DNA from: Eukaryota sp. TZLM1-RC
Lineage: Eukaryota; Protista; Metamonada: BaSk clade
NCBI GenBank assembly: GCA_040285825.1
Contig: JAUPSS010000011.1
Span: 186,001 to 250,000, forward strand
Length of the DNA: 64,000 bases
Direction of reading: 5' to 3'
Every line of letters begins with the position of its first letter. Position 1 is the stretch's first letter. Of this stretch, positions 45,169 to 57,000 are shown piece by piece. Under the pieces are notes generated by a model that saw nothing but the letters and a program-made list of their open reading frames with translations, had not been told where the DNA came from and ran no database searches. Made by a program: the position numbers and the translations under genes.

Positions 45169-45362
45169 AACTTTTGAGACCGATCTACAAATACCGTAGT
45201 AGCATTTGGTAGATCCACTTAGATAAATCAAGTCGCGAGGCTTTGTTCTGTGAAAGCAGTAGGTGTATTTAAGTGAGGTAGCCCATTGATGAAGATCATG
45301 ATTGTCTTTGTCATATGACGCTACATGTCTCTTACAGCCTGTGAGTAGACATTGAGAAAGTT
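45169..45362 (+). ncRNA. Candidate Fanzor omegaRNA scaffold
   Basis: Back-to-back helices 45182-45215, 45216-45275 (enclosing GCGA and GAAA tetraloop hairpins), 45278-45324 and 45325-45352, with a possible closing helix 45169-45175/45356-45362; starts ~100 nt after the Fanzor stop. Confidence 0.7.
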
Positions 45363-45441
45363 GAAAACAGGAGTGAACTTTACAGGGGAACGCATGATAA
45401 GTGAATTCACAGTATGTCTATGTAATCTACAGTTTCGTCAT

Positions 45442-46272
45442 ATGCTCTTGCTGTTTGTCTTAATCAATGCAGTGCTCTCTTACACATACATTACAGAGTT
45501 TAGCCATCGCTTACAAACAGCACCAGAATCCTTGTTTACTTTTCCCTACAGTTTCGAATCCGTTCCAGCGACTGTGTTCAGCACTCCGCCGGAATTGTCA
45601 CTACCCAGACATTTTGACATAAGATCATTTAACTGCGGGAATTACACCATACATCAAGGTCTTTGCGGCAGTTGTTATGCTTGGGCTGCCGTGACGTCAC
45701 TTCAAGATCGTTTTTGTTACAACAATCACAAAACAGCTCCTCTTAGTCCCCAGTCAATCATCAGTTGTGGGTGGAGCAATTTGGGATGTTCTGGAGGTAG
45801 TCCATGGCTTACCTACAACTACTTGAAACGGCATGGGTCACCCTCTCTTCAATGTTATCCTTACTCTTCAGGAATGGGCCATAGAACAACTTGCAGAAGA
45901 AACTGTGTGGATGGAAGCCCGTTTGATCTATATTACAGCAATGAAACCTTCTTCTACAGAACTGAATCAGACATGCAGGCAGGCCTGTTTCTCCACGGTT
46001 CAATGCAGATAGCGTTCTTCGTTTACGCTGACTTTTTGTCACATCAACTTGGCATTTATCATCATACAAAAGGTCGTTTATTAGGTGTACATAGTGTTAG
46101 GTTGATAGGGTGGGGAACAGAGAGTGGTGTTCCTTATTGGCTTTGTGCAAACAGTTTCGGAGATGACTGGGGTGATCAAGGGTTTTTCAAAATACGTAGA
46201 GGTAGTAATGAATGTGGACTCGAGTGGTTTGGGGGAATTGGTGGGTCGCCTGTCCCAAAGAATGGTCATTAG
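45442..46272 (+). CDS. Cathepsin B-like papain-family cysteine protease
   Basis: Signal peptide MLLLFVLINAVLS; QGLCGSCYAW (catalytic Cys), HSVRLIGWG (His), ANSFG (Asn), GFFKIRRGSNECG; no obvious occluding loop. Confidence 0.92.
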   Translation: MLLLFVLINAVLSYTYITEFSHRLQTAPESLFTFPYSFESVPATVFSTPPELSLPRHFDIRSFNCGNYTIHQGLCGSCYAWAAVTSLQDRFCYNNHKTAPLSPQSIISCGWSNLGCSGGSPWLTYNYLKRHGSPSLQCYPYSSGMGHRTTCRRNCVDGSPFDLYYSNETFFYRTESDMQAGLFLHGSMQIAFFVYADFLSHQLGIYHHTKGRLLGVHSVRLIGWGTESGVPYWLCANSFGDDWGDQGFFKIRRGSNECGLEWFGGIGGSPVPKNGH

Positions 46273-46763
46273 CACAAACCACTGCATATTAAATGTGCTT
46301 TTGGGCTGGTTATTACATTGGACCATGCAATGAGCTCCATTGTTTGGCTTTCATCAAGTCATTCCGGCTGCAACAATCAAAACCATAAAGACAATCAGCA
46401 CTATCAAGAGACACCTTATTTTACACCACTATTGTTGCTGTTGTAATGTTTTTTATCTTGTAGTCTTGAAGAGGTGGTCTCAATCTTTATAAAAAACTCA
46501 AACATTAAAAACTTTATAATTAGTTTTTTTTGAAATACTCATATTATATCTGTTCAAATTGATAAATAGTATAGGAATCGTGCACTGAAGAGACTTGATG
46601 ATGTTGATGCGTGTATTGAGGATAATGAGTTCAAGTTTTTGCGTGAATATTTAAAACGAATAAAAACAATTAAAAAAAGTTTTGGGAAAAAAACTCAAAT
46701 AAACAAATAAATAAACGACAAAAACGAAAAATAAATAAATAAAAACGTTAAGTCAAAAAAAAG

Positions 46764-47681
46764 CTAAAACTCAAAATAATCATCAGCAATTAATTGATAT
46801 ATCACATCACCAATCATTCCTATTGAAACCACAATAAACATCCACGCCGTCAACTGCCGCAGCCTTTTGGCCTTGGTTTTCTTGTTGACCACTGTGCCAA
46901 TCTTGGCCATTGGAATGCTCAAGATAACCAGCCACAAAAGCTTTTCCCATAACATTTGGTTACTGACAATCTTACCCACCAGGGAAGTGGTAGAGGCGAG
47001 AAACACAACAGGAAGGGCGACAGCAATGGCAACACGCGTGGGTACTGGGGTTAATTAGACAAAGAAAAACTCAACTCTTGAGGACATAAATGGAGAGAGG
47101 CTTCAACTAAAATTAGCAGAAAGAAAAAAACCGACCAGAAACGAACCTCCTGCTCCCACTAGACCAGCGAAGAAACCAACTCCAGATGAGCAATAGAAAC
47201 AATGAAGATTGGAATAATCCAAAGTGGAGTCAGGATCGTCCAAATCAAATTCGTCATTCTGAAATTAAACAAACAAGAATCTGAGTACCTTTGGTTGAAA
47301 CAACATCATAATTGAACCAAAAAAGAGTAAAATCGGAAAGCTTCCCAATAATACCAGCTCGTGCACAAATGCAGACATTATAGAACCTAGGAAGCCAAAC
47401 GTAGCAGAAGGTATGGCTAATGTGATGATTAAGGGGCGAATTGCCTTAGATGATAATACTTTTTTAATTGAGAGAGACCCGGAGAGAGATGCGATCCAGA
47501 TTAGACCTATTGATAGTGCAGAAGCTTCATTCATAGTAATGTTTTCCCCTCCTAAAATAGGGGGGCCATAAACAAGTAATGGTAATAGAAAACCAGCACC
47601 TCCAACACCAAGGAGCCCAGAGAGAAAACTAGAAAGTGCTCCAATAAAGATAAGTATCAAGATGTCATTGATAGGTAACAT
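46764..47681 (-). CDS. TauE/SafE-family sulfite exporter, exons 47681-47289, 47258-47136, 47106-47076, 47044-46764
   Basis: SGLLGVGGAGFLLP and, after splicing 30/29/31-nt introns, AGLVGAGGSFLLKPLSIYVLKIPTRVAIA: the two internal TauE repeats. Confidence 0.88.
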
Positions 47682-48043
47682 TGATGTTCACCGGACAAAT
47701 GTGACTATGAGAAGAGTAACAGTAGATGATTGTTGTTGTTGCTATGTAGATGAAACAAATCCTAAATTAATTAATCCATTAATTAATTTTTTTGATTTTT
47801 CATTCATCGCTATAATGCTTCAACAACGGTTTTACTTTAAAACTAAAATTGTAACACTTAAACATCTCATATGTCACATCACGAACGGCATTAATTAATC
47901 CATAAATTAATTTTTTTTTGATTTTTCATTCTTTGTTACAGTAATATAATGAATTGAACTACTACAGTAAAATTATTTAAATAAAATTTATAGAGATATC
48001 ATACAACTAAATCAAAAATACATATAAATACTTAATCAAAACT

Positions 48044-51000
48044 CTAACTCCGAAGTGCACAGAACAGGGCTGTTCCACGTTTAATCCAATGGCCTTCTGG
48101 TTTATTAGTTGGTAATTCAATGTTAACGACAAAATTTGTTGACAAACCAGTGGTTGATAAGGTTCCTGATCTGGTTAAAGTTTTGTACAATGGACAATTA
48201 TAAATGCCGGTTTCAGGTTTGGTTCTATTGACAACGGGGAGTAGATGAATTACAGGGAATTCAGAGAACAACTCTTTTGGAGGTGATTCAATGAGAGAAT
48301 TTTCTTCAGCCGACCACGAAGCTCCTTCCAAATACAACCCATAGACATAACAACCATCTTCAGGATGGCAAGTGAGTTCTTCAGGCTTTTTATCAATAAT
48401 GACAAAGGAAAATGAAATTTGATCAATCGAAACTACATGCTTTCTCGCATAGTTTTGAAGTAGACCAGTAAGGAATCCTTGAGGGAAGAAGAGAGACGAG
48501 ATATGGAAGGCAACAGGTAACCCCCCTTCAATCCAGCTATCAATAAATGCCAATCTGTGCGAAAGATCTTCAATCCAGGAAGACAGAGGTTTAAGTGAAG
48601 GGTAAGCAACATTATCCCAAATGGATGGTACTTGGTTATTGGAAATACTTATAGACATTTCTTCTAAGGCTGAGGAGAGAACAACTACACCCTTTAAGGC
48701 TTTTTTGAGCTCCTTTAATGTCGAAAACATGACAGCAAGTAGCTTATTGTACCTCGCGACTTCTTGATTTAAAACACTATTCATTGACTCCTCGTACTTT
48801 ATAGGGTATTTTTCGGCAATTAATTCCGCATCAAATAGTGGATGTAAATTATCAAGAATGGTTGAAATGATATTGTAAGTAGTGTCCTCAGAACTACCAG
48901 CTGAAGACGAACTTCTCGGCTGGAGTACCAATAAAGAATTGCAAAGGTTGATGGTTTCATTGAGAGAGAAAGAGACTCCTGCATTTGGATGAAGACCCAG
49001 TACTTCAGCAGGAGAATCAAACACAAGGTTGGATATGTCATGAATTATTTCATGAAGAGTCATTGTGCCATACTTTGCGAATTGATGATCATCAAGCAAC
49101 ACATTTGCGTTAACCAAATCAGTAAACATTAGATCAACAACTCTTTGATCCAAGGCCTGAGTGACCCTACCTCCATAATGAATACTGGCAACAAGGAAGG
49201 AAATGGCCTCAAAGGGAATTTCCTCGTATTTCTCTAGCAATAAATGCAAATGAGATATTGACACCTTTCTATCAGAATCATTCCACTCATAAGGAATGTT
49301 AAAACCAACACCACCAAACCTTCTTCTTTCAAGCAATTGAGCATGGTAAAAGCAAAGACAAAACAACAGGCGTCGCCAAGCAACGGGTTTTGAGCAATCA
49401 GAGAGAAATTCATCAGAGAACGAAGTGTATGATCGTAATAGATTTGCTTTCATCCCAGTCGGAGGTTCGTTCGTCAACTTGACCGACTTTTGCAAGATTG
49501 ACACAGGAAAGTCCTTGGACGGCATTGAAGTTAACCATAGTCTAAAATCTGGATGAACATTAGAATCCAATTCTTCTACCAGCTCTTCGAGCCTTGACAT
49601 CCAAGAAGGAGCCAAATGGCAATTTTGAAGCAAAACCCATTTTCCAGATTCAATTCCATTCTTTATAAACTGTTCAGCAACGACACCTTGACCTTGACCA
49701 AGAGAGACTGAAAGGAATTTTGACCCACTCATCTTTTTCTGATCCGCAAACGTCATCAGATCAGAAACAGGGTCAGCTCCGGTAGAAAGAATAAAGACTA
49801 AGGGGATGCTAGGGGATGAATCTTCAAAGGGTTCAGCTAAGGTAAATTGGGGAATTTCAATAAACTCCTTAGATAATTGGAATTCAATAAATTGAGAAAG
49901 GATTGGAATCAGCTTGTCAGGGGTCAGAATTTTAAGGATGATCAACTGTTGGAAGAATGAAATTTTGGATGACCAATTATTTGGAAGATTGAGTGAGCTC
50001 AACTCATCACGATCTGAGCTGACACTATCCATCCATTGAGACCAAAGAGAAGTATTATTAGAAATATCTTCAACCAAGCCACTAAAAGCTTCAAATTTGC
50101 CCAAATCAGATATATCTTTCCATACCTTCTCGTCAAAAATATCATGATTAGGGTTAGGGTTGGAGGGTTTTTCAATTGAAGTAGACCCTGTTAAAAAGTA
50201 CAAAAATTCTGCATCCTGAATGAGACCGCGAGAGATCATAATCCTAGAGCAAAGCAGAAGGGAGAACAATAACTTATCTCCAGAAAAAAGACCTCTACAA
50301 ACATTTAAAAACAAAGAATTTGTAAAATAATGATTAAGAGAAGTCAGTCTTTTCTCAACGACAGTCAGCCCTTTTCTTTTCTTTTCACCAGAACCACGAA
50401 GAACCAGCAAATCAGGAACCTTGACTCCATCCACTGATTCTGGAGCCTTTTCCAATGCATTTTTGAACAAATTGATAAACCAATCAAGCGAGTATTGATA
50501 CATTGGTGCTATGAGAGAAAGATCAGAAATACAAAAGAAAAGAACAGAAACTGATCTTGCAATTGGTTCGAACAATTCTCTTTTTTTATCAATTTGAAGT
50601 TCAGTTTGCTTTGCGACCTTCATGTCATCTTCAATCTTTTTAACAGTTATTTTTGATTGACCAAGAGTCTCAATCAACACGTCATCATCGAGAATATTAC
50701 CTTCCGCTCTAACTAATAAATTCAGAATTTTAGTTTCCAATTCATCCTGTTCGGCTGCGTATTTTGCTTTTTGAAGAATTAATTCACCTTTTTGCTCCTC
50801 CAGAGAAGGTTCCCATGATTGGACAACTGTTGACAAGAGCTGATCTTCCAGTCCAGTTGGAGTAATACAAAAATTGATGAGGCATACCTTTGCTGCAATT
50901 TCTGGAGGGTAGATGGGGTTGGCAAGCTTGGTCGTCATGTAAAGTTTGAAATTTTCGTCATATGGTACTGTATCTCCTAATTGTATATGAAGCATTCCTC

Positions 51001-54000
51001 CAGAAGTAAAAATTTGCTTCAACAAGAGGGGATCCAGCCCAGGATCAATTTCATTGCCAAAATTTTCAATTAAAACAGGTTTTCCGAATTGAACGGCTCT
51101 TTCCAACACCTTGATTAAATCACTATCTGTTGGTTTTGCTACCACTAAACCATTGGATCCTTCCATAAGCTTAATCCAGCGAGCTGCTTGGCCTTGGGGA
51201 TCTATAAAGAGAGGGAATTTCATTGAATTAGATGCAATAATGCCATTATCCACAGAGAATTTGTTGGGGGGAAGTTTGTTGATGTTCCACGATCTAATAA
51301 GGACAGGATCGCCGATACAATTTGACAAGCTGAAATTTTCAGTCATTGCGACCTCTAGCTCAGAAAGGAGCTCAATCCAACTCTGCATGATCCTATCTCT
51401 GAAAATTTGGTTAAATGGACCTAAATAAACAATGGCTGCACTAGACAAAAGAAGATCCCCTACAATATTTTCAAATAATGCTTTTAATTTTCCCAAAGAG
51501 CTACTCCAATTAACTTTCTCATCCTTTAATCCATCTAACAGTTTAACTGCCCTTTCTAACTGCTTGTTACACGTGTCATAGCGATCTTCCAATTCCTTCT
51601 TTCTGGAAACAGCATCATTATAGTTCTCAGTGAGTTTGTCAATAGAAGCCAAAATTTCATCCAAATTATTTCTTTTTGCTTGAAGCTCCTTTTGAAGAGT
51701 GGCTAATTGTTTCCTAGCTTCTTCAAGTGCTTTCTTTTTAGGAGCAATTTCCTCCACAACTACATGGTACTTGTACACTGCATGAACCCATTCGCAGAGG
51801 GCACCAGCTGGTACCGAAGCCTGAGTAATAACTTTAACATGGAAATCGGGAGAATTGATGTAAGGAACGATGTTTGAAATAACAGAAGATGGAATGTTAT
51901 CAAAGTCGTATTGGTATAATGAATTGAAAAACTCAGTGACGTTAGCCAACATTTTAGTAGAGGGCTCCCAGTAGTCTTTTTCCTTAGTTCCTGGCTTCCT
52001 TACTGGTTTAACCTGCTTCATTATACAAATAGCTTCCAAAACAAGTCTCACTGGTTTAGGAGGGTTCCTCATTGATCTAATCTCCACCACATCACCTTTA
52101 TTAAGGTTTTGAAGTGCTTTAACAGCAGAATGGAGGGCGGGAAGGGCAACTTCCAACGCGGCATTACATTCAGATTCAGTAGTTTCGGCTTCTTTTACAA
52201 GTTTTTCCACCTCTGCTGTCTCAACCTCTAATTGTTGCTTCTTTTCATCGGCAACTGCCTGATCAGCAGTAATACGTGTCATCAAGTCATCAGTTTCCTT
52301 TGCGGCAGTTACCAATTTAGGTTTAAGTTCAGTCAATTCAACTTGCATTTCTTTAACTTGCTCAGAAGTAGAACTTAACTGACCAAGACCAGTCGTATAA
52401 CGATCAATTTGGGAAGAGATTGACTCAGTCTGTTGGTGGTAAAGAGACTTGAGAGTGTTGATTAATTCTAAAAAGAAAGTTGGGGTAACAAACACTTTCC
52501 TCTTATATTCTGAAAAAAACTTCTCAGCTTGTTTTTCAATTGAAGAATGGACCGAAACTGTAAACTTTACCGCCTTCTCGTACACTTCAGGAGCAAGGTC
52601 GACATCTTGTAGAAACTCAGAAGCAACTGATCTCAAGGCTTCTTCAGGCCAGGAGGCAAAAACATCAATGGTACAACAATTGACTAAGGAAGGAAACATT
52701 CGAAGACGATCTCTGAAAGAATCACCGACAGGGGAAAGACAGAGGATGACGTGAAGATTACGTCGACAACGGTCAATAAACCAGTTCCAAACTGACTGCC
52801 GGTCAACTGATTTCCCTTGTTTTTGAGCTTCTTCACCTAAACCTTCAATAATCTCATTAATTTCTTCCTGAATAAACAGGTTGGGTACTTCACCAGAATT
52901 TAGCAGGTTATTTACATCTTCAAGAAAGGCTTCATTTGTGATTTTTGTGTCTGACAATAACAACACTGTGGGTTTATCTGCAAATCCAGAATTCTTCATC
53001 AAACCCTTTACAAATTCCCTCCATTCGTTAACTCCAAAGTTTCTGCTTACTTCTACTTCAAAAAGTTCCAAATCACACACAAATGAAGCAAGTCTTGCTA
53101 CTGATTGTCTCCCAGAACCTCCAACTCCGACGAGTAGGGCATGACCAAAAGGTTGGTTAAGAATGCGAGACACCCTTAGAACGTGGGTTAGACAGTACTC
53201 AAATAGCACCAATTGCATTGGGTTTTGAGTGGTAGAGTTGAAATCTTCTAAAAAGTCACCAATAACGGACCTTAACTGTGTTAACTCAGGTAATTTTTCA
53301 TAAACAATAGGATCAGAAGAGGGGTTGAGCACAGAACCAAATAAACTAGACGATTCCTCTAACTCAGAGAGATCAACACCTCTAAACTTTTCCTTTAAAG
53401 TGGTATCAATAATCGAATCAAACCATTTCCTATCTGAATCATCAACCAATCTGTCCTTGAAAACCCTACTTGCTTCATGAACCCAAAGCGAGACGAGATC
53501 AACTCCAGATTTTATGGTGGTTGTGGACCCTTGCATAATTCCTTGAAATACCTTGGAAACATCCCTCAAGTTAAATGTGTAGTGAGATTTTGAAGGTGTA
53601 GGTAAAAGATTTTCACTAATGGAATTATACAGATAAACAGAAGATTCAACAATACTGGATGATAAATTTCTAATTTCGGAACTAAAGCCATCAGTAAACC
53701 AACTGAAAATCTTTGAGAAAATTCTGGTCAGCGTTTCAGAGTTGAGGGAAGTAAAGGAAATTAAATTACAATGCCTAGTAAAGCGCTGGGTAATTTCTGA
53801 TCTACCACCACCTGGATGACCCATTGCTGAAACAAATTGAATATCAACAAGCTTTCGAAAAACAAGCTGTTTTCTATCGTACCAACCACTGTAATCCATC
53901 CATTGGCGGAGTAGTTCAATAGGGGGTTGAGCACCGTAAATTTCCTTCTTCGGCATATTTAAATCATCAACAAAGATGACGGCATTGTGACCGAGAGGAG

Positions 54001-57000
54001 GGCCATAAACGTCCTTCCTACGTTTTTGATCAATTTTAGAATCAACAATGTCTTGAACTTGGTTACAATCAGTTCTAGCTGAGAATCCCAAAGATGAAGG
54101 TAAATACTTGTCCTTATCCAAAACTTCATGCAACACCTTCTTCATTACTACAGTCTTGGAAGTACCCGTGGGTCCTGTGAAGAGAACAGGCACTTTCGAC
54201 TTGATGAGGATCTCCAAAAGGTATGAAGATCTAATAGTATCGACAGTATCGACAATGATTTCATGGAATGGGGTGCCGGTTGGGATTGAAAACTCAGGGA
54301 CGGTTTGATACCAATCAATCCAATCAGCCTGATCAAAATTCCAGCACACGTCATAAAAAGATTGATTACGTGGAAGGGGGCATGCTACTTTGTATTCTTT
54401 GCTACCTAGTTTTTCATTGATAAAAGCATTGAAATCCTTACGATCTTGAAGCAAACCAGTGGCACCAAAAGACCAAACAAGAGAAAAGATCAAAACGGCT
54501 TCCATCGAAATATTCAGGTTACGTGATCCCAATTTCTCAATTTGATCCGGGCTGGCTAAATACTCAGCTATTAATGAATTGATTATATTCGTAAAAGACC
54601 GTACTAAAATCTGAGGACTGGTTGCTACAGGCTCTTTAACATTCTTTCTAACAAACTCAGCACAATCATCAATAAAAAAATCAACAAACTTTAAAATCAA
54701 CTCCTTTTGATCTTCTAAAGCCTGGGGGAATTGATCCATCCACGAATCAAATAGGGGTCTCCATCCGAGTACGCTTAGCTCACAGTAAACCATACCACAA
54801 CGGGAAACAGTGGCAGGAGAGGCAACTGCCAGATCAGCAACCTCAAACATCATGGTCATATGAGGGGTTAATTGAATGATATCACCAGAAGGAAGACAAA
54901 GCTTCTTATTATCATCAAGTACAGTATTCATTGATTCGATCCAGACTGCATCAACTGGTCCATCAAATATGATCCAATGACGATCACGTGATCGATCACG
55001 TGACGCATTACGAACCAAGACACCCACTAAACCATCAACAACTTCTTGAGAGAGTTCATCACGATACCCATAAAGTTGGCCAATCGTAACAGCTTTAGGA
55101 TTGAGGTAATGACGGTGTACTGTGGTAAAGTTTTCACTCTTACCTACCAATCGCGTCATTGCTTCCCCAAGTACTTTGACTATACAAGACTTTCCTGACA
55201 TTGGCAGACCAACAGTCATTAGCCCATGACGCACCATCACTGTTTCGTATAATTGAACGACCTTTTTAATGAATTCAGGATGGGGTTGGAGTTTAAGATC
55301 AGCAATGACGTCATTGATTGATGATAGTAAAAGGTCATAATCCGGATCAGGCAACTTGGTTTTGGGGAAGAGATCAGTAATGATACCAAGGAAGAGAGAC
55401 ACGTCTTGTTCCAAAAATTTGGGTAAATTTACATCACATAAAGCTCTATAAATCAAAATATCCTCATCCTGATCAGGGAAAGCCTTCTTTAAAGCACCAG
55501 CAGCTGTAAGTACGGTCTTGACGGCCCGCATACCGAAATCGTAATGATCCTGGGAAGAAAGTTGCTGAGAACCAAGTTGAAATGTGTGCACCAACTTTTG
55601 GGCTAGTAGTCTGGCTTCGAAATACCCAAATGACATTAACACAATTTCAGAAATCAAAGAATAATCAGGGACCATCATAGCAACTGATCTGAAAAGAGCT
55701 TTTAAATTGTCAGGAAGTTCTGTCCTTCCTGCATATCCGGGATTCATGGTGATGAACACCGCACAGTTAGGGTTTACTTTGATTCTGGAACCTTCGAAAT
55801 CAATGACAGCTGAATGAGCTTTGATTGCGCTCTGAATGGTTAGGATTTGCTGAGCGACAACAGACAATACTTCTAGATTGATTCTATTAAATTCATCAAA
55901 ACAGGCCCAAGCTCCACTAGATACCAAACCCTTAAAAAACTTTGCCATTGCTAAATGATCAAGACTATCAGAGCAATTGTAAACAACACACTGTTTGGCC
56001 AAAGCCTTTGCCAAATCTTTTACTGTTTCTGTCTTACCAGTACCAGCTGGTCCAGCAGGAGCTCCACCCAGGTACAATTGCATTGCAGACATTAGAGTGA
56101 CATAACATTTATCAGTGAGGGGGGTAATGACAAGCCTTCCCGTATTACCAAGGTATTCGTAACCATATTCAACAGTGGCTGTCACTTGTTTGATCAGTAT
56201 AGTTGATTGTTCATAGTAATAGCGTAGTTGGGAGAGCCATAAAAAGTCGTCTGGGGAGGAAACACCTTCATTTGCCATTTTCGCTACTATATCCCGGTTA
56301 TGAACGTCAATTACAATGAGTGCACTAATGGTGATTCTTTCAGACTCTTTTAATCCACCTCGAACTAGGAGAATGATTTCGTTTAATTGTTGATCTAATT
56401 GCTTTTTAAACTCGACCAACCCATCAACACCGTTATTGATCATAGCTTCCGTTACTCCCCTAGTCCACTCTATTTGAGAAATAGCCAAAACTACCTGGGA
56501 AGGCCACTTCAATACCCATTTAGATCTAGGGGTTTTGGAATAATCAACAAGAGCGTCATTAACCACCTTACGAAGGGAACTTCTCATGACGGTTTCCACT
56601 TCAGTAAGCCATTTCTCAATGAGAGTGGTGGGATTGACTGTTTGATCAAACAAAACTTTTTCTCCTTCAGCAGAGTACATGGCGGTAATACCAGAATTAT
56701 CTTCTGAGAATTCCAGCTTATCAATAGCTTCAAAACAAGAACGTAAATGGGGGTTAACTTTCTTTGGATCTTTTGTTTCAGATAGAATTTCTAAAAGACC
56801 ATCGTTGGAAAGGAAATAAAAACGTGGAAAAGCCTGCCTTTTGGTCTCCAGATAGTCAGACAATCCTTTTTGAATAATTTCCAGTGATTCATTAGCCTCA
56901 GTAAAGGATTGCAAAAGTGCTTCATCGTTACAAATGTTGAACACGTTAGGTCCCTTTGACACTCTCTCCATAACAGACCTCCATAATGAATCAACCTTAG

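Noticed and set aside
45286-45320. Hammerhead ribozyme core in the Fanzor-associated RNA
   Set aside because: UGAUGA is present, but the preceding C and the GAAA after stem II are missing.
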